Assembly (NCBI RefSeq): GCF_002571385.2
Contig: NW_019217866.1
Location: 119,529-183,528 of the forward strand
Source of the DNA: Stylophora pistillata
Lineage: Eukaryota
Direction of reading: 5' to 3'
DNA: 64,000 bases
The translations under genes and the position numbers were made by a program. This document shows, piece after piece, positions 12,600 to 25,800 of the stretch; the first letter of the stretch is position 1, and the number at the start of each line of letters is the position of its first letter. A model generated the notes under the pieces. The model was not told where the DNA came from. It was given only the letters and a program-made list of their open reading frames with translations, and searched no databases.

Positions 12600-13756
12600 A
12601 ATAATAATAGACGCAAGGATTGTGGACAAGGAAAATCAGATCGTTACCCTCTTAGAGATGAGTTCCCCCTGGGTTGAGAATAGAGAACAGAAAGAGAGGG
12701 AGAAAACTCTCAAGTACGCCCCACTACGTTTGGAGTTGAAGCAGCAATTCCCGGGGTACAAGATCAACCAAGTGAACGTTATAATCGATGTTTTAGGGGG
12801 CTACTCCAATGAGCTGTAAGGTAGTGTTAGGGATTTGCTAGGAGCAGAACGAAGTAGAGAATGCCTGAGAAGGATGCTGAAGTCCGTGCTGAGTAGCAGC
12901 TTAAACATTGCGACATCTTTCAAGGTCTTGAGCTGAACAATATACTCGCAACATTAGGAACTTTTAGGGTTTTTGTTTATTTATTTATTTATTTATTTAT
13001 TTAACGACTTTCTTTTAACTAGAATTTGAAGTTGATTTATGTATGACATTTTGAATAGTATATTTTCTGTAAATTTATACACAGAGCTAGCTACGGTTCG
13101 CTGCCTAGCTTTAGTGGTTTTTTTTTTTTTAATTAAATCTGGCATCCAGATGCGTATAACTGCCATAATAGTTACAATGGAAGATGATGTTATTCGGTGA
13201 ACGAGGCAGGTATACATAAAGAAATACATTAGATCATGTTAAAAAGACGTCAATTTACAAACACTTTTCTAAAACACACTGTCCTAAGTGGCATAATGAA
13301 CAGTACTGCGAATCGGGTAATCACAGCCTAAAATTGGGGCAGCGTGGAAATTGTTTTACAGCGATCTACCACTTTTTCCAGTGGCTGTTTCCTAACCTTA
13401 AGTGTTTGATGTTTGAACTATTTTTTCAGTCTTTTCTGGATCTGGAATACGCCATCTTGGAAGTCGGAGCGAAGGAGGAACCAACCCAACCACGAAAAGA
13501 AGACCTTGACATTACTCGATGGAAAAAGATCAAGATCAAAAAGAGAAAGAAAAGAAACAAGAAATTGAAAGAAATGATAGCAACAGAACTATTAACAAGA
13601 AATGAGACTGTTACGGAGTCGAAAAGTGAACTACCAAGTTTACCGGAAGAAGAAAACAAACCTTTAATCAAAAATGATATCTTGCCAACATTTCCCGACA
13701 CCCCCCCGAATGTTGATCATGTGCAGTGTTCGCCACAGATCGATTCTCCAGCCTAA
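7589..13756 (+). CDS. BMI1: Polycomb group RING finger protein, BMI1/PCGF2-4-like, paralog A (~316 aa)
   Basis: Exons 7589-7694, 9334-9430, 9932-9987, 10948-11016, 11620-11704, 11818-11845, 11944-12042, 12155-12238, 13430-13756; all GT-AG and phase-consistent (951 nt). [44 protein letters not shown], then [17 protein letters not shown] and RAWUL-type [18 protein letters not shown]. Confidence 0.93.
7965..8620 (+). mobile_element. Degenerate DNA-transposon remnant, possibly Harbinger-type Myb/SANT ORF fragment
   Basis: Fragment [17 protein letters not shown] resembles transposon Myb/SANT-like proteins; frame is broken. Boundaries approximate. Confidence 0.3.
8961..9115. mobile_element. Short MITE-like repeat
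   Basis: Ends AGTTGTTCAAAA..GATAAC and GTTATCAAAACTTCGAACAACT are inverted; internal GGATA(A/G) repeats. Confidence 0.5.
10196..10505 (-). mobile_element. 5'-truncated SINE copy with (ATT)n tail
   Basis: Reverse complement of 33440-33714, same family; ends in the (AAT)n run at 10196-10260. Confidence 0.8.
11060..11400. repeat. (TTTG/CTTG)n low-complexity microsatellite
   Basis: Direct inspection; it explains the Cys/Leu/Phe-rich spurious ORFs. Confidence 0.9.
12247..12335. repeat. (AAT)n microsatellite
   Basis: Direct inspection. Confidence 0.95.
12608..12940 (+). mobile_element. 3' fragment of an RLE-type non-LTR retrotransposon (restriction-like endonuclease)
   Basis: [36 protein letters not shown] matches the D..E..K/KY pattern of RLE domains. 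In-frame stop; preceded by (AAT)n. Confidence 0.65.
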
Positions 13757-14659
13757 AGTCACGTGAACAACGCATGATCGATTACTAGGGCGAGACAGAG
13801 ATTAACTTGAAATCAGTTTAAGTACTCACCATCTACAGGAGCCATCCAGTTGGACATTTTATGCGTTGAGATTTCCGATTTGAACATGACCTTACGGAAA
13901 CAGGAGATAGATTTTACGGACCAGTCATTATTTAGCGCGGGGGAGGGGTGGTTAGAGGAATTTTGGGGAGGAGAGGAATCACATGGTTTTTAGAGAGAAC
14001 GGAGGGGATCAGTTGTCGTCACAGAGTTTAGAGGGGAACCATAGAAAATTCCCTTCCAATCAGAGGGAATCATTTGAATGCTACACAGCCTTAAGTAAAG
14101 CCAAAAGCCCTCCGACCCTCTCTAGGCATAAATAGTGACAGGTCCCTTAAGCAACCTAAATTCAAGGGAAACGAATGAAAAAGCGATTCATTCCAATTTG
14201 TAGTTGCTCATAATTTTACTCACAATCCCATCAAAAAGATGGGAACTTGATCTCCTTGAAAATGTTAAGCATCGTTTGTTTGAACTTGAAAGCAAAGTTG
14301 GAAAAGTCTTCAGGACACTTGCAATCACTTTTTTGCACTTTAATTGCCATCCAAGTCAACCGAGCAAAATCTCTTACAACGCCGGAGAAGCTACGGCGAG
14401 ATTTCGTAAAAGATATTTGAGCCTTTTCCTCAACTTACCTTATGCGGGTCTCCATCGTTTCAGACCTTTCCTCAAGAAACATATTTATTGTAATAAGAAG
14501 GTTTGAACAAGAACGAAGAGAAAAAAATTAAGAACTGTTCCTTGCACACTGAACATTAATCTATGATAGTTTATGAATCTCGCGTTCTTCTTTGTCTCCA
14601 CACGTCACTTCTTCACTGCATTTCTCGCTTCTTCATCTCTTAGTTTCTTGCTTGCGGTT

Positions 14660-15295
14660 CTTCCCTGCTTCCTTGCTCCATTCTTCACCCCACCTTCCCT
14701 TCCTCCTTCCCTCTTCCCCCTCCCCCTCCCTCCTCGTTACGTCCTCACTGTCCTGCTTGCTTGCTCCATTCTTCATCCCACCTTCCCTTGCTCTCTCCCT
14801 CTTCCCCCTCCCCCTCCCTCCTCGTTACGTCCTCACTGTCCTGCTTGCTTGCTTTTTCACAAATCTGACCGCTTCTGTGAGACTACACCTATGTAACACA
14901 CGTTTTTGCGTAAAAGAGAGTTTTCACTCAAAGAGAAGTAAAAACTCAAGAAAACAACCCANNNNNNNNNNNCCCCCTCCCCCTCCCTCCTCGTTACGTC
15001 CTCACTGTCCTGCTTGCTTGCTCCATTCTTCATCCCACCTTCCCTTCCTCTCTCCCTCTCCCCCCTCCTCGTTACGTCCTCACTGTCCTGCTTGCTTGCT
15101 CCATTCTTCATCCCACCTTCCCTTCCTCTCTCCCTCTCCCCCCTCCCCCTCCCTCCTCGTTACGTCCTCACTGTCCTGCTTGCTTGCTTTTTCACAAATC
15201 TGACCGCTTCTGTGAGACTACACCTATGTAACACACGTTTTTGCGTAAAAGAGAGTTTTCACTCAAAGAGAAGTAAAAACTCAAGAAAACAACCC
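14660..15295. repeat. Pyrimidine-rich minisatellite, with a duplicated segment flanking a small N gap
   Basis: Unit CCCTCCTCGTTACGTCCTCACTGTCCTGCTTGCTTGC occurs 5 times; 14805-14960 is repeated at about 15140-15295. Confidence 0.85.
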
Positions 15296-15959
15296 AAAAG
15301 GTGCATGGATCTAGTGATGTGCATTTTCAATGGCTGAATTCGAGATAAGTGAAGAACGCCGCTTATTTCAACGCTACTGTGCATAGTTTAGATTCCTTTC
15401 ACGGTGTCCCTAAATAAAAGTATGCGGCCTCGACAGAATTTCTAAAGAAACCGTGATGCCGTGTTGGTGGGGGGGAATTAAGGATAATTCATCAACTCAG
15501 TCCCCTATAGACTTTATAGCGGACTGAGTTGCTTATCTGTATGGTTAGTGTGGAGAGTTTCTAAAGCTAACCTTATTTTGGAAGCGTTACTGAGCCCTTC
15601 TTCCGTATCCTGAGAAGAGCTAACGCTTGAAACGGCAAACATATAAAACAGGATTATAAAACCATTGATCAAGGTTAGGCAGTAGAAGTAATTTGACATA
15701 GAAGAAGCTGACCAAGGACTTTCGCTTTCGGTTCTTCCTATCTATTTTGTACTACTTGACAGGGCTTATCGTTAAGTGTGAATTAGAAAAACGATGAAGT
15801 GCCAAAATTATTCCTCATCAGTAGATTCACAACATTTTGTTACCCCAATATCTGAGAGAATCACTGTAATTATGTAGAATGACGACCTTAACTTCTGTTA
15901 ATTATTCAACTTCCACAGAAACCTGAAAAAGCAACATTAATTTTTATTGAAAGTTGTTT

Positions 15960-16088
15960 TGCATCAAACAGATGTTTATCCGTAATACGCCCCAGGAGAG
16001 ACTGGTGCGACTGTCACGTGATTTCGCAACGCAACGTATCTACCTGAAATCAACTCGAAGCAATCAAGAAATTGTCGAGAAAAACACG
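15960..16088 (+). promoter_or_regulatory. Putative promoter and non-coding first exon of PCGF paralog B
   Basis: CACGTG at 16015-16020, donor CACG|GTAATT after 16088; homologous to 4095-4228. Confidence 0.55.
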
Positions 16089-18440
16089 GTAATTTCTCAA
16101 ATTATATTGATATTCTTAGCCTAGATTTCACTACGACGTTAGATAAATTATTTAACTTTTGATGCACAGTAATTTTTTGCAGATTTGAAGCTATTTTGTT
16201 CGTATATTTGCTATTTAAAATTTGCGTTATTCTCAGCTATCAGACCGCAATGCAAATCATGTCGTGACCACAGAAGCGTCAGACCAAATACGTCTCATGC
16301 ACTCTTTCGACGAAATGGACATTTCATCACATAGGATCCTACCACCACTTAGAAACGTTATCTCACACAAAAAAAAAGACAATTTGGAAAATCTGGAATC
16401 GCAAATGCTTTGCTGGGATACGAACAGAATTACAACCTTATTTCAACCGGTTGGCAGAACTACTCATTCCCGATTGAGAATATTGGCAATGTGGCAAATT
16501 TTTTAGACGGTAGATTTTTTATGAGTCGCAAGTACATTTCAGATTCCTGTTTTCGATGTTGATGTTTAATTTGGCATCTAAATGGGTTCCGAGCTTGGAA
16601 ACAATTCTGGTCTTGCCGTAAATTCTTTTGAAACCGAAAGTGAGAGAGACCAGAATGAATGCTTCAATTTAACGTACCGGAATAAATTTCGGGCCTGAAA
16701 ATTATGCGCTTCGTTTGCAAAGAATTTAAGTTGCCCAACAATACAAGGAATTTCATTCTCGCTTGTCATTCAATTGCTTCCCTTTGAGTGATATATCGAG
16801 GTTATGTTTGGATTTCCTGTTTTAGCTTTTTTGCCCTTCCTACAATCATCTGTCGCAGGCCGCCCTGTGTCCCTCCGCCAAACTCGGTCAGACTTCCAAA
16901 TGCAGTCAGTCAACGTTTAAACTTAATATTAATATTGGTTAACTGACCACAATTAAAACATTTATAGTTTTTTTATCATTCGGCTTTCAAACAGCCCGAA
17001 AACAGTTCCTAGCTGAACGAACTAAACATCTTTCTGGCCAAAGATGTCGGCCGAATGCCACCGAATTCAATGTTTACGGTCGTGGTCAAACCTTGAACAT
17101 ATTAAACTGCGGAACTGTGATCTATATTCCAAACCTTCTTCACAGGTACCACTAAACCAAATGCCATCATTACACGTAGATCTCACATACCTAATAAAAG
17201 ACTAAGGGGAATTAATCTGCCCTTAAAATTACGTAGAAGTGGAGTTTAAACCCCTTACCGTAAATGAAACTCACTTCGTCGGCCGAGATCCACTTTATAG
17301 GCTCGTCAACTAATATAAAAGTGATTCGGACGCATGAGAAAGCCTAACCCAGACACGTGTATATTTGAAAGCTCTATTTTGAGATCATTTACTATACGAT
17401 TATCTTACCTCTGGGTAGCCTGCATAGCTGGCTTTTGTAAGCGCGTGTTCTGTTTTTTTTTCCCGGATATTCGATGAAAATTAAGGCGTCGGAGCCTAAC
17501 TTAGTAGACGTTAGCGTCTCGCAGCCAAAAATTCTCACAGCTACGAAGCCCGTATTGAAAGTCTTCGAACATGACTGAGAAGCTATAAAATGAAACGAAG
17601 CTAGGATTCATTTAGTAAGAGTTTCATATAGTGAGGACCTTAGTTCAAAGGTAAGCAGACTTCAGAGAACTGGGAAAAAACATTTAGCTATTAAGCTTTA
17701 CAAAGATAAATGATCGAAACTTCCGAGCTCATTCATCACCGCTTTAGAGGAAAAAAAATCTTGTTAATGAAATAAAATACAAGCTAAACCTTTTTGATAT
17801 TAAAAACATGGTTTTCAGTCCTGTTCCGACGAGAATCTATCTATTTTACTATTATCTTAATTGCTTCTCTCTCCTTGGCGAAATTTTCGATGCCAGGCGA
17901 GGCTTATGATTTAAGTTCCCTCGCAGAAATTTTAGGCCCTAGTTTTTTTTTTTTTATAATTTGGATTCAAAACTTTGTTTATCAATGCTTGTGAATTTTA
18001 TTTTTGGCCAACTGTGCGTACTGAAATATATATTTCAGCTTATTCTATCGGCAGGCGTCGCATATAGACTAAAACATAAACCGATAATGCCGGCTTTTTC
18101 TGCTCCTCGACTTGTCGGTGAAGTTTATCGGCGGCGGAGGAGACAGAATGGGTCTTTGAAGGAAAAAATTCAAGTGCGCCACGCATTAAGTTAGTTTTTC
18201 CGCTGTCAACATTTTGTCACTAAAATGAATTCATTAGCTTGTGGCGGTCAAATCATAGCTTCGTGGCCGATACGGCTCCTGTAGTTCTCGTGTTGAAATC
18301 TCAATTGCCCTCGACTATCATTCCTTAGAAGTATGGCCAGGTCGCGGCAAAGGGACTGCTTTCTATGATAATTAACGAATGTGTTTTCTTTTTTTTTAGC
18401 CTTTATATCAGGGAAGTGGAAGACATAATTTCAACGGAAG

Positions 18441-19779
18441 ATGTTACGTTCTATGAAGATCCAAGATCTAAACTCTCACATTTTGTGCGTGTTATGTGGT
18501 GGATACTTAGTGGATGCCACAACTATTGTGGAGTGCCTGCATTCGTGTAAGTAAAATGGCAGAACACAGTAAAGAGTTCAGTAGCGTATTTTGGAATGAC
18601 AAATTTTCGCCGAGAATGTAACATTGATAACTTTACTCCGATTCTAGACTTGAGACTGTTTGAAACCCTTCTCCTCTTCTCCGCAACAATTTCAGACAAT
18701 CTTTAGTCCTGTATTCAATTTTTCCCTTCTTTTGTACCGCCGTAAGCAGGTACCAAAGGTCTTCATCACGTATTCGAAGACGTCTGCCTATCCCGCATAG
18801 CATAAAAAGGAAGTATGGCTGGAACACGGAACTGAGAGCTCCAGTGAATAACTTAATTCTAACAGGAAGATGATCGGAATGATTTAAACAGCGAATATCT
18901 AACAGAATTGCCTCAACTGAAAGGTTTTCTTGGTCGTTCATCTTCTCAAGTTGCTAGCATTGAACGGTGCTGAACACGAGGAGAAATGTTTTACTTTTTT
19001 TCAAAGATTTCAACTGAAGCATGAATTTCTTTGAATTCGTATGATTTGAATAACAAATGATAACAGGGTTAAAACCACATTCGGGTTACGGTTTTATTCC
19101 GGCCTAGTATGAAAGCCTATTCGGATTACGGGAGCGGGTAATCTTCCTTGAAAGCACCAACACTTCACCGTAAACACTCCTTTAAATTGCTTCGTGTGTT
19201 TCAGCGATCATTTGGTAGCTAAAATTGATCGATAAAAACAGTTGAGCGAAACTGAGCTATTTGGCTGAAACAGTTCGCAGCAGGGGTGAAATATTGTTGT
19301 TTTATATTGGTTTTTTTTTTTTTTTTTCTAGTTTGTCGCAGCTGCATTGTGAAATATCTCCAAGCATCCTATCACTGTCCTGTTTGTGATGTTGAAGTCC
19401 ACAAGACTAAACCTCTGCTAAATATCAGGTTAGTATCGAGGTATTCTAAAGTTCATCAAGCTAGCGCCGTTCATCCGCAATGAATTTAGATTGTACCGAA
19501 AATTTGACCATGAGTAAAAAAACCGTAGCCTAAAGAGTGATGATGAACATCTAATTATTTCCGCAAAACCTGCAAGTTGCGAAAAAAAAAAAACAAAAAA
19601 CAAAATGAAAACAAGAATGGTTTAGCTGGTCAAAAAAAAAAAATGAGACCCGTTTAATTGTTAATCGATGTGGTATGAAGGGCTAACGCTCGAAACGTCA
19701 GTTTTAATTTTTTACGGTGGCCAGTTTACATTACCAACTCAGTTGATAAAACCAAATTATCTTGTGATGCTCCCTACCT

Positions 19780-19813
<34 letters not shown>

Positions 19814-22800
19814 TTGTTTTCATTTAGATAATTATTTGAGTGAGCGGGGTTAGGACAAGACTAATGAAGCCATTCAGAAAACACAAGCTTAGCTTGATTT
19901 TATTTGAAAATATTACATCAAGCATGTTTAAAAAAAGAGATGAAAATAGGTTAGAGTGACTTTAATCTTGGCTGAGTTGAATAAGCTATTTAAAACTAGT
20001 AGGTTAAATAAAAAAAGGTTATCTGTTCCGAACAAGGCATCATTTGAGAATGGACTTTTAAAATCATTATTTCGTTATTTTTTTCAGGCCTGACCGAACT
20101 CTCCAAGAAATTGTCTTTAAACTTGTTCCCGGTCTCTACCAAGGTAATTAAACCACCGTTTGAAAGGAATTAGCAGTCTGTTTAAACAAACGTTAACAGT
20201 AGAGAGTGACCGGTATAAACTAGCTGGCCTGCTGCCCGCGCACAATGACAGTGAGAGATCTTTTAGGACTAGGCGTATGTTTTCAATCCCAAATGTGAAA
20301 ACAAAGAGGTTTAGAAATACTTTCATAATGCACTTTGCAATTAAACAACAATTGTAAATACAAAATTAATACTAGTATAGTTAGGAATTTTTATAGTTTG
20401 AATTTTTAAACATTTTGAATATAAGACAAGTAATTCAGCTTATAGCTGCAAGTTGTGGTTTTTTAATAAACGATTTACGGAATTCGTGCACTAAAACGAA
20501 GAATAAGGATAGTTCAGGTTCAACTTAATGAAATCCAAAACCATTCCACTTCGTCAAGATTTGTTCGACGTTTTCTGCGTTAGGGAAAAGGTTTTCTATG
20601 AGACGGTTTTCATTCTTTGTCCCCATCATATGTTACAGACTCAAGATTGTGACTTGGTAGCTTTTTCTACAAAGTGTTAGCAAAATATATCGGCAGCGGT
20701 CAACGTCTGACATGGATGATCCAAGGTAGTTGGTGGTACTACATATATGTATCATCGACTTCAGTTTATCACGTCTTGCAAACAGAAATCCGTGGCCGGT
20801 CAATTCACCCGGCAACACCCGAGAACTTTAAAGCTTTCTGTCAAGTAACGAAGATAATCTCACGATGAAACAATTCTGGATATTGACAAATAATACAGTT
20901 TTAAATCAATTCCACTCTAATTTTTTCCAGCTGAGCTGAAGCTTAAACAAGAATTCGAAGAAAAACAACGAGAAGAGAACAAATCGCCAGGTAATTTTTA
21001 TGGATTTAAACTTAAATGTTTGTACACCCAGTCTTCTTCACTCGAAGCTAAGGTGAGAGATATTTTTATCGCGATGTGACATTTGATGAATACCTTTCAC
21101 CAAAGTGGAGGTCCTCCACGGTGGCTAGTGGTATATATATACCGAGCCGTGCAGTGAAGCGGCGAGGAAAATATCCACCACCACTGAGCCACTGACACTG
21201 AGGTGAATAGTTGTTTTATTATTTACTAAAACAGTGAGAAAATACGAAAAAAAAAATTAATTTGTCGCAATTATTCTTGTGATGTTTACAATATTTTCGG
21301 GCGCAAATCCCACGCGAGTTGCTCGAAGGTAAGCAAAAAATGATGTTCGGAGTTTGAGTAGCCAATCAGAGCGCTTTTTCAACGCTATGTATTGCGTTGG
21401 TATATGCTAAAATGTGAAAACTGTTACCTGTAATCATATACGACAACAAAGTTTACCTTTTAATCAACTACCACGCATGGTTGTGGCGGTGTCAATCATC
21501 TCTAAGGAATAGTTGTTTATTCCGTGTAAAAATAAACGATCTCAAGCTGAAACCTTTTAAAAGGGTTCTTTTCTGGGCTCTTACACCCTGGGGAGGAACT
21601 TGAACTAATTGTTTCTGGTAGTGCGCTGCTGGCTTTTCAGTACCCTTAGCCCATAATATTCTACGCTGTGGCTAATCCCAGATCCCATCTTAGTCAGTTT
21701 TGGTCATACTTTAACAACTTTGTAATCGTGAATCTAACCATTTTTCAATCCATACTTCCAGAATTTTCTTACCCCCAAATCCCGAAAATGTGCGACTCCA
21801 TTCTCGTAATTCTACTAAAAATGCAACCCCGTTGTAGTCAATCTTATCGTTAAAATGAGACCTCATTCATGGATACATCCCATCGGTCTATTCCTAGGAA
21901 GTATCACCTCCTACCTGGGCTCTTATGATACGCTACTAAGTAAGGTAACAACATTGAAATCGTTATTAGCGAATTCAGCTTTAAAGTAGAAGTAGTTGGC
22001 GGTGAGATAGCTTATAAGGTTTTTCTTCCCTTGTTTAGAGGAAAATGAAGCTGCGAATGAAATCACGGACAAGAAAGAGATTATAATGGATGATCCAGTT
22101 TTTATCACTCTGGAATACTACAGGTAAGGCTGGCAGACGGAAGCTGTTTTATTTCAAGGCTCGTGTTAGACGGCTTTAACTCAAATAGTAGAAGTTAAGC
22201 AATTTTTAATTTCGGATCCTCCCTCTCTCTGTACAGGCGTAAAAGAAACTGGTCGGAAAATCAGGTATGTTGGACTGTGGGAAACTCGAAAGATGACCTA
22301 TTTTTCATCTAGTCATTATATATCTCGTTGAGAAGTTGTGGCGTGGAAAGGGGAAGGGAATTGTTGAGACATACCACCTTGAACTTGTAGCTACGATAGT
22401 CTTGAATTTCAAAAGCCTTTCTTCTGATACACCAAATAGAACGTGTTTTATTAAAATCAACTTGGAGTCTTACAACTGGATTACATAAATTTAAAAAAAA
22501 ATTGAGGAAAAAATTGTTTAGAACGCGAAACTTATCTTTTAATTTATCCTGGGTATAAAAAAGGGTAAAAAATCCATTTAATTATTTAATTATATATGAA
22601 TAAAGGCTGATAGTTTCGAAAGAAACTGTTTGGGGCTGCGTCGGTGGGAGTAACGAAATAATTTGGATATATCAACAAAGTTGAAATGGTAAATTGGCCA
22701 CCGTAATGATTACAAAAGCTGACGTTTCGAGCGTTAGCCCTTCGTCGGAGCGAATAGAGGAATTGTGGGTTGTGTGTGCTTTTAAAGGCAGAAAATGGAG

Positions 22801-25800
22801 CTACGTTATTGGTGGGTGCATGGCAACGAGAAAAACATGAATAAATTAGTGGAATGAAAAGCGTTCATTGATCCCTGTGGGATTGAGACTGCCGGTTTGA
22901 AAGATGAGCTTTTGTTCAAGATTTTTACGGCTTTCCGTGCCACCTAAGTGCAAGGAAAGACCGCAGATTGCCATATGTTGCTTAGAATGATTAGGTAAAT
23001 TAAAATGTCTAGCGACTGGTTTAGATGTGTCCTTGTCATTCCTTTCCACGTCTCGAAGGTGTTCTCGGAATCGGTCACCTAGTCTTCTGCCCGTTTCGCC
23101 GATGTATATCTTTTTGCAATAAGTGCAAGTTATGCAATAGATTACATTAGCGGAGGTGCACGTGAAGTGATCGGTGATCTTAATGGATCGTTTAGGTCCC
23201 GATATTTTATCAGTGTTGTGAATGAAAGGACACGTTTTGCATCGCGCACGAGCGCATTTAAAAGTGCCTGGTTGCTCATTAGTCTGAAAAGAACTTCTGA
23301 CCAAAAAATTGCCTAAGTTTTTGTAGCGTCAAAAACTTAGGCAATTTTTTGGTCAGAAGTTCTTTTCAGACTAATGAGCAACCAGGCACTTTTAAATGCG
23401 CTCGTGCGCGATGCAAAACGTGTCCTTTCATTCACAACACTGATAAAATATCGGGACCTAAACGATCCATTAAGATCACCGATCACTTCACGTGCACCTC
23501 CGCTAATGTAATCTATTGCATAACTTGCACTTATTGCAAAAAGATATACATCGGCGAAACGGGCAGAAGACTAGGTGACCGATTCCGAGAACATCTTCGA
23601 GACGTGGAAAGGAATGACAAGGACACATCTAAACCAGTCGCTAGACATTTTAATTTACCTAATCATTCTAAGCAACATATGGCAATCTGCGGTCTTTCCT
23701 TGCACTTAGGTGGCACGGAAAGCCGTAAAAATCTTGAACAAAAGCTCATCTTTCAAACCGGCAGTCTCAATCCCACAGGGATCAATGAACGCTTTTCATT
23801 CCACTAATTTATTCATGTTTTTCTCGTTGCCATGCACCCACCAATAACGTAGCTCCATTTTCTGCCTTTAAAAGCACACACAACCCACAATTCCTCTATT
23901 CGCTCCGACGAAGGGCTAACGCTCGAAACGTCAGCTTTTGTAATCATTACGGTGGCCAATTTACCATTTCAACTTTGTTGATATATCCAAATTATTTAAT
24001 TATATATGAGTTCGTTGATGCAGTTATAAATAAACGAGTCAGCTAGTCTCCTCGTTTTGCAACTGGTGGATGGCAGTTGATATTTTCGTTTCTTTCGGAG
24101 TTTGTATGCTGGCTTGTTGGAGGCTGGAATGATGTCGTAGATCTTGCTAGACGAGTTGTTAGCTTTCGACTGAAAGAGTTGCCACTGCTTTACTGTTCAG
24201 TACAACTTCTTCAGTTACAAGTTTGAGGCATCTAGTATTTCACCACACGCTTTGTGCTTCTTTAATTTGTGCGCTTGTGCGAACACAGCGGTCAAACGTC
24301 GGATATGCATGAGGGGATCAATTTGTCTCACAAAATAAGGGAAAGAAAGTTGAAACCTTCTTGAACTTCTGTAAAAGAAAATAGAAGTAGGGAAAAAAAT
24401 CGACTCCACGCTTTTCGAACACAAACCCTATTCATATCCTGTGTTATTTACCATTCTGTTTTGAGCTTTACCAAAAACGTCAAACACTTTTAAATTAAAC
24501 ACCGTGACTTACCGCCTTTTGTGGTTGCTTGCGAGCGCTTTTAAGACAACTTGGTTATTACTTCCCGAGAGCACGCTACCTAGTCATTATAATCTTCGCA
24601 CATGCGCAAATGTTTGCCCGCTGTGTTGCTTGTGTGTTTACTCACAATCGAGACTGGACAGTTTGTTGTTAGTAATTTAAACTGCAGAACAGTCTTTTTT
24701 TAGGGGGCTGCAGGTGTCTTTTCTTTATCTAGATTTTTCCTACTCGTTATCTACGATGCCCTTCTGCGATGACTGTCGATGTGCTGAAAAAATTCCTTGT
24801 AGTCAAGTTCGCCATACCTAACACTCATCAGGTTAATAGTTTCATTTTTTTTTTTTTTCATTAATTGCTTTCGTAAATCAGAGTCGAGGGGTCTTAGCAA
24901 AGGAGATCTACAGGTTTGGCGAATTGCACCCTGAGACAATACGTGTAATTCTCGCAGTGTCTCTATTGACGAAAGGCCGGCAGGGGTATCCATGGATACC
25001 AGAAAGTTTTCAAAAAAAGACTTGACGAATTTCTAGGGGGGTAACAAGGTGGTTTCAATTCCAGTGGTGGAGAAAGCGATGGCGTGATGGGCAGCTCTTC
25101 CCAGAAAAAAGGGTCACAAGGCTCCTTTCCCCTAAAGAGAGGGGGAGGGGTGGGGTGGGGTGTAGAGGCATATTCCCTAGGTCAAAGCTAAGTAATTTTC
25201 AACGTTCTGAGCATCAAAAAGTCCAAAGTCCAAGGAAAATAAACGGTGGCGAGAGTTCTAATATTACATTATAGCTTCTGACTTTTAATTGAAATACCTG
25301 GTAACTTACGATACGCGAAAATCTGGTCAAGGGCGCTTATGTGTTGGCAGTGGTCCTTGTCGTGTCATACCGAGAAAACTAAGATAAGTGTCAACTCCGG
25401 TAATGAGCCGTTTACAGCTCTTGAGAGTTGAGTCCTTCTATGAGTTCAGTCAGTTTGCGGGATTGTGTTTCCGAAAGCACAATTTAAGTGAATGATTTAT
25501 ATCATTACAAAAGAGTGAGCTGGCATGACGCCATGATTGTACAACAGTTAACGGCTTGATCGAAGATTGAAAAAGAGAACAGGAAAACGAATTTCAATCA
25601 GATGTATGAAAGTGATCCTCGCAGTAATGAACCCTACTTTTGTAGTAGTGGAAATGCGGCCATTGCTGCGAGAATCGCTTTCATACATTCCATGAAACCG
25701 CACTACACATATATGATTCATGTTTTCAAATTCATTGAATTTCAATCACTTTAGCATTATGGAAGAAAACGTGATATTTGACTGTACTTTTAAACCATCC

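Larger units (their letters stand above)
22580..24009. mobile_element. Penelope-like retroelement insertion forming a 668-bp-arm palindrome, 20-bp TSD
   Basis: Arms 22656-23323 and 23330-23997 around a 6-nt spacer. AATTATTTAATTATATATGA is repeated at 22580-22599 and 23990-24009. Lies in an intron of paralog B. Confidence 0.92.

Noticed and set aside
14573-15337. Pro/Ser-rich ORFs and an apparent segmental duplication
   Set aside because: Minisatellite; the duplicate flanks an N gap and is probably an unmerged contig overlap.
22846-23807. Pair of divergent host nuclease genes
   Set aside because: Non-ATG starts at the palindrome centre, RT missing, TSD-flanked: a truncated Penelope insertion.
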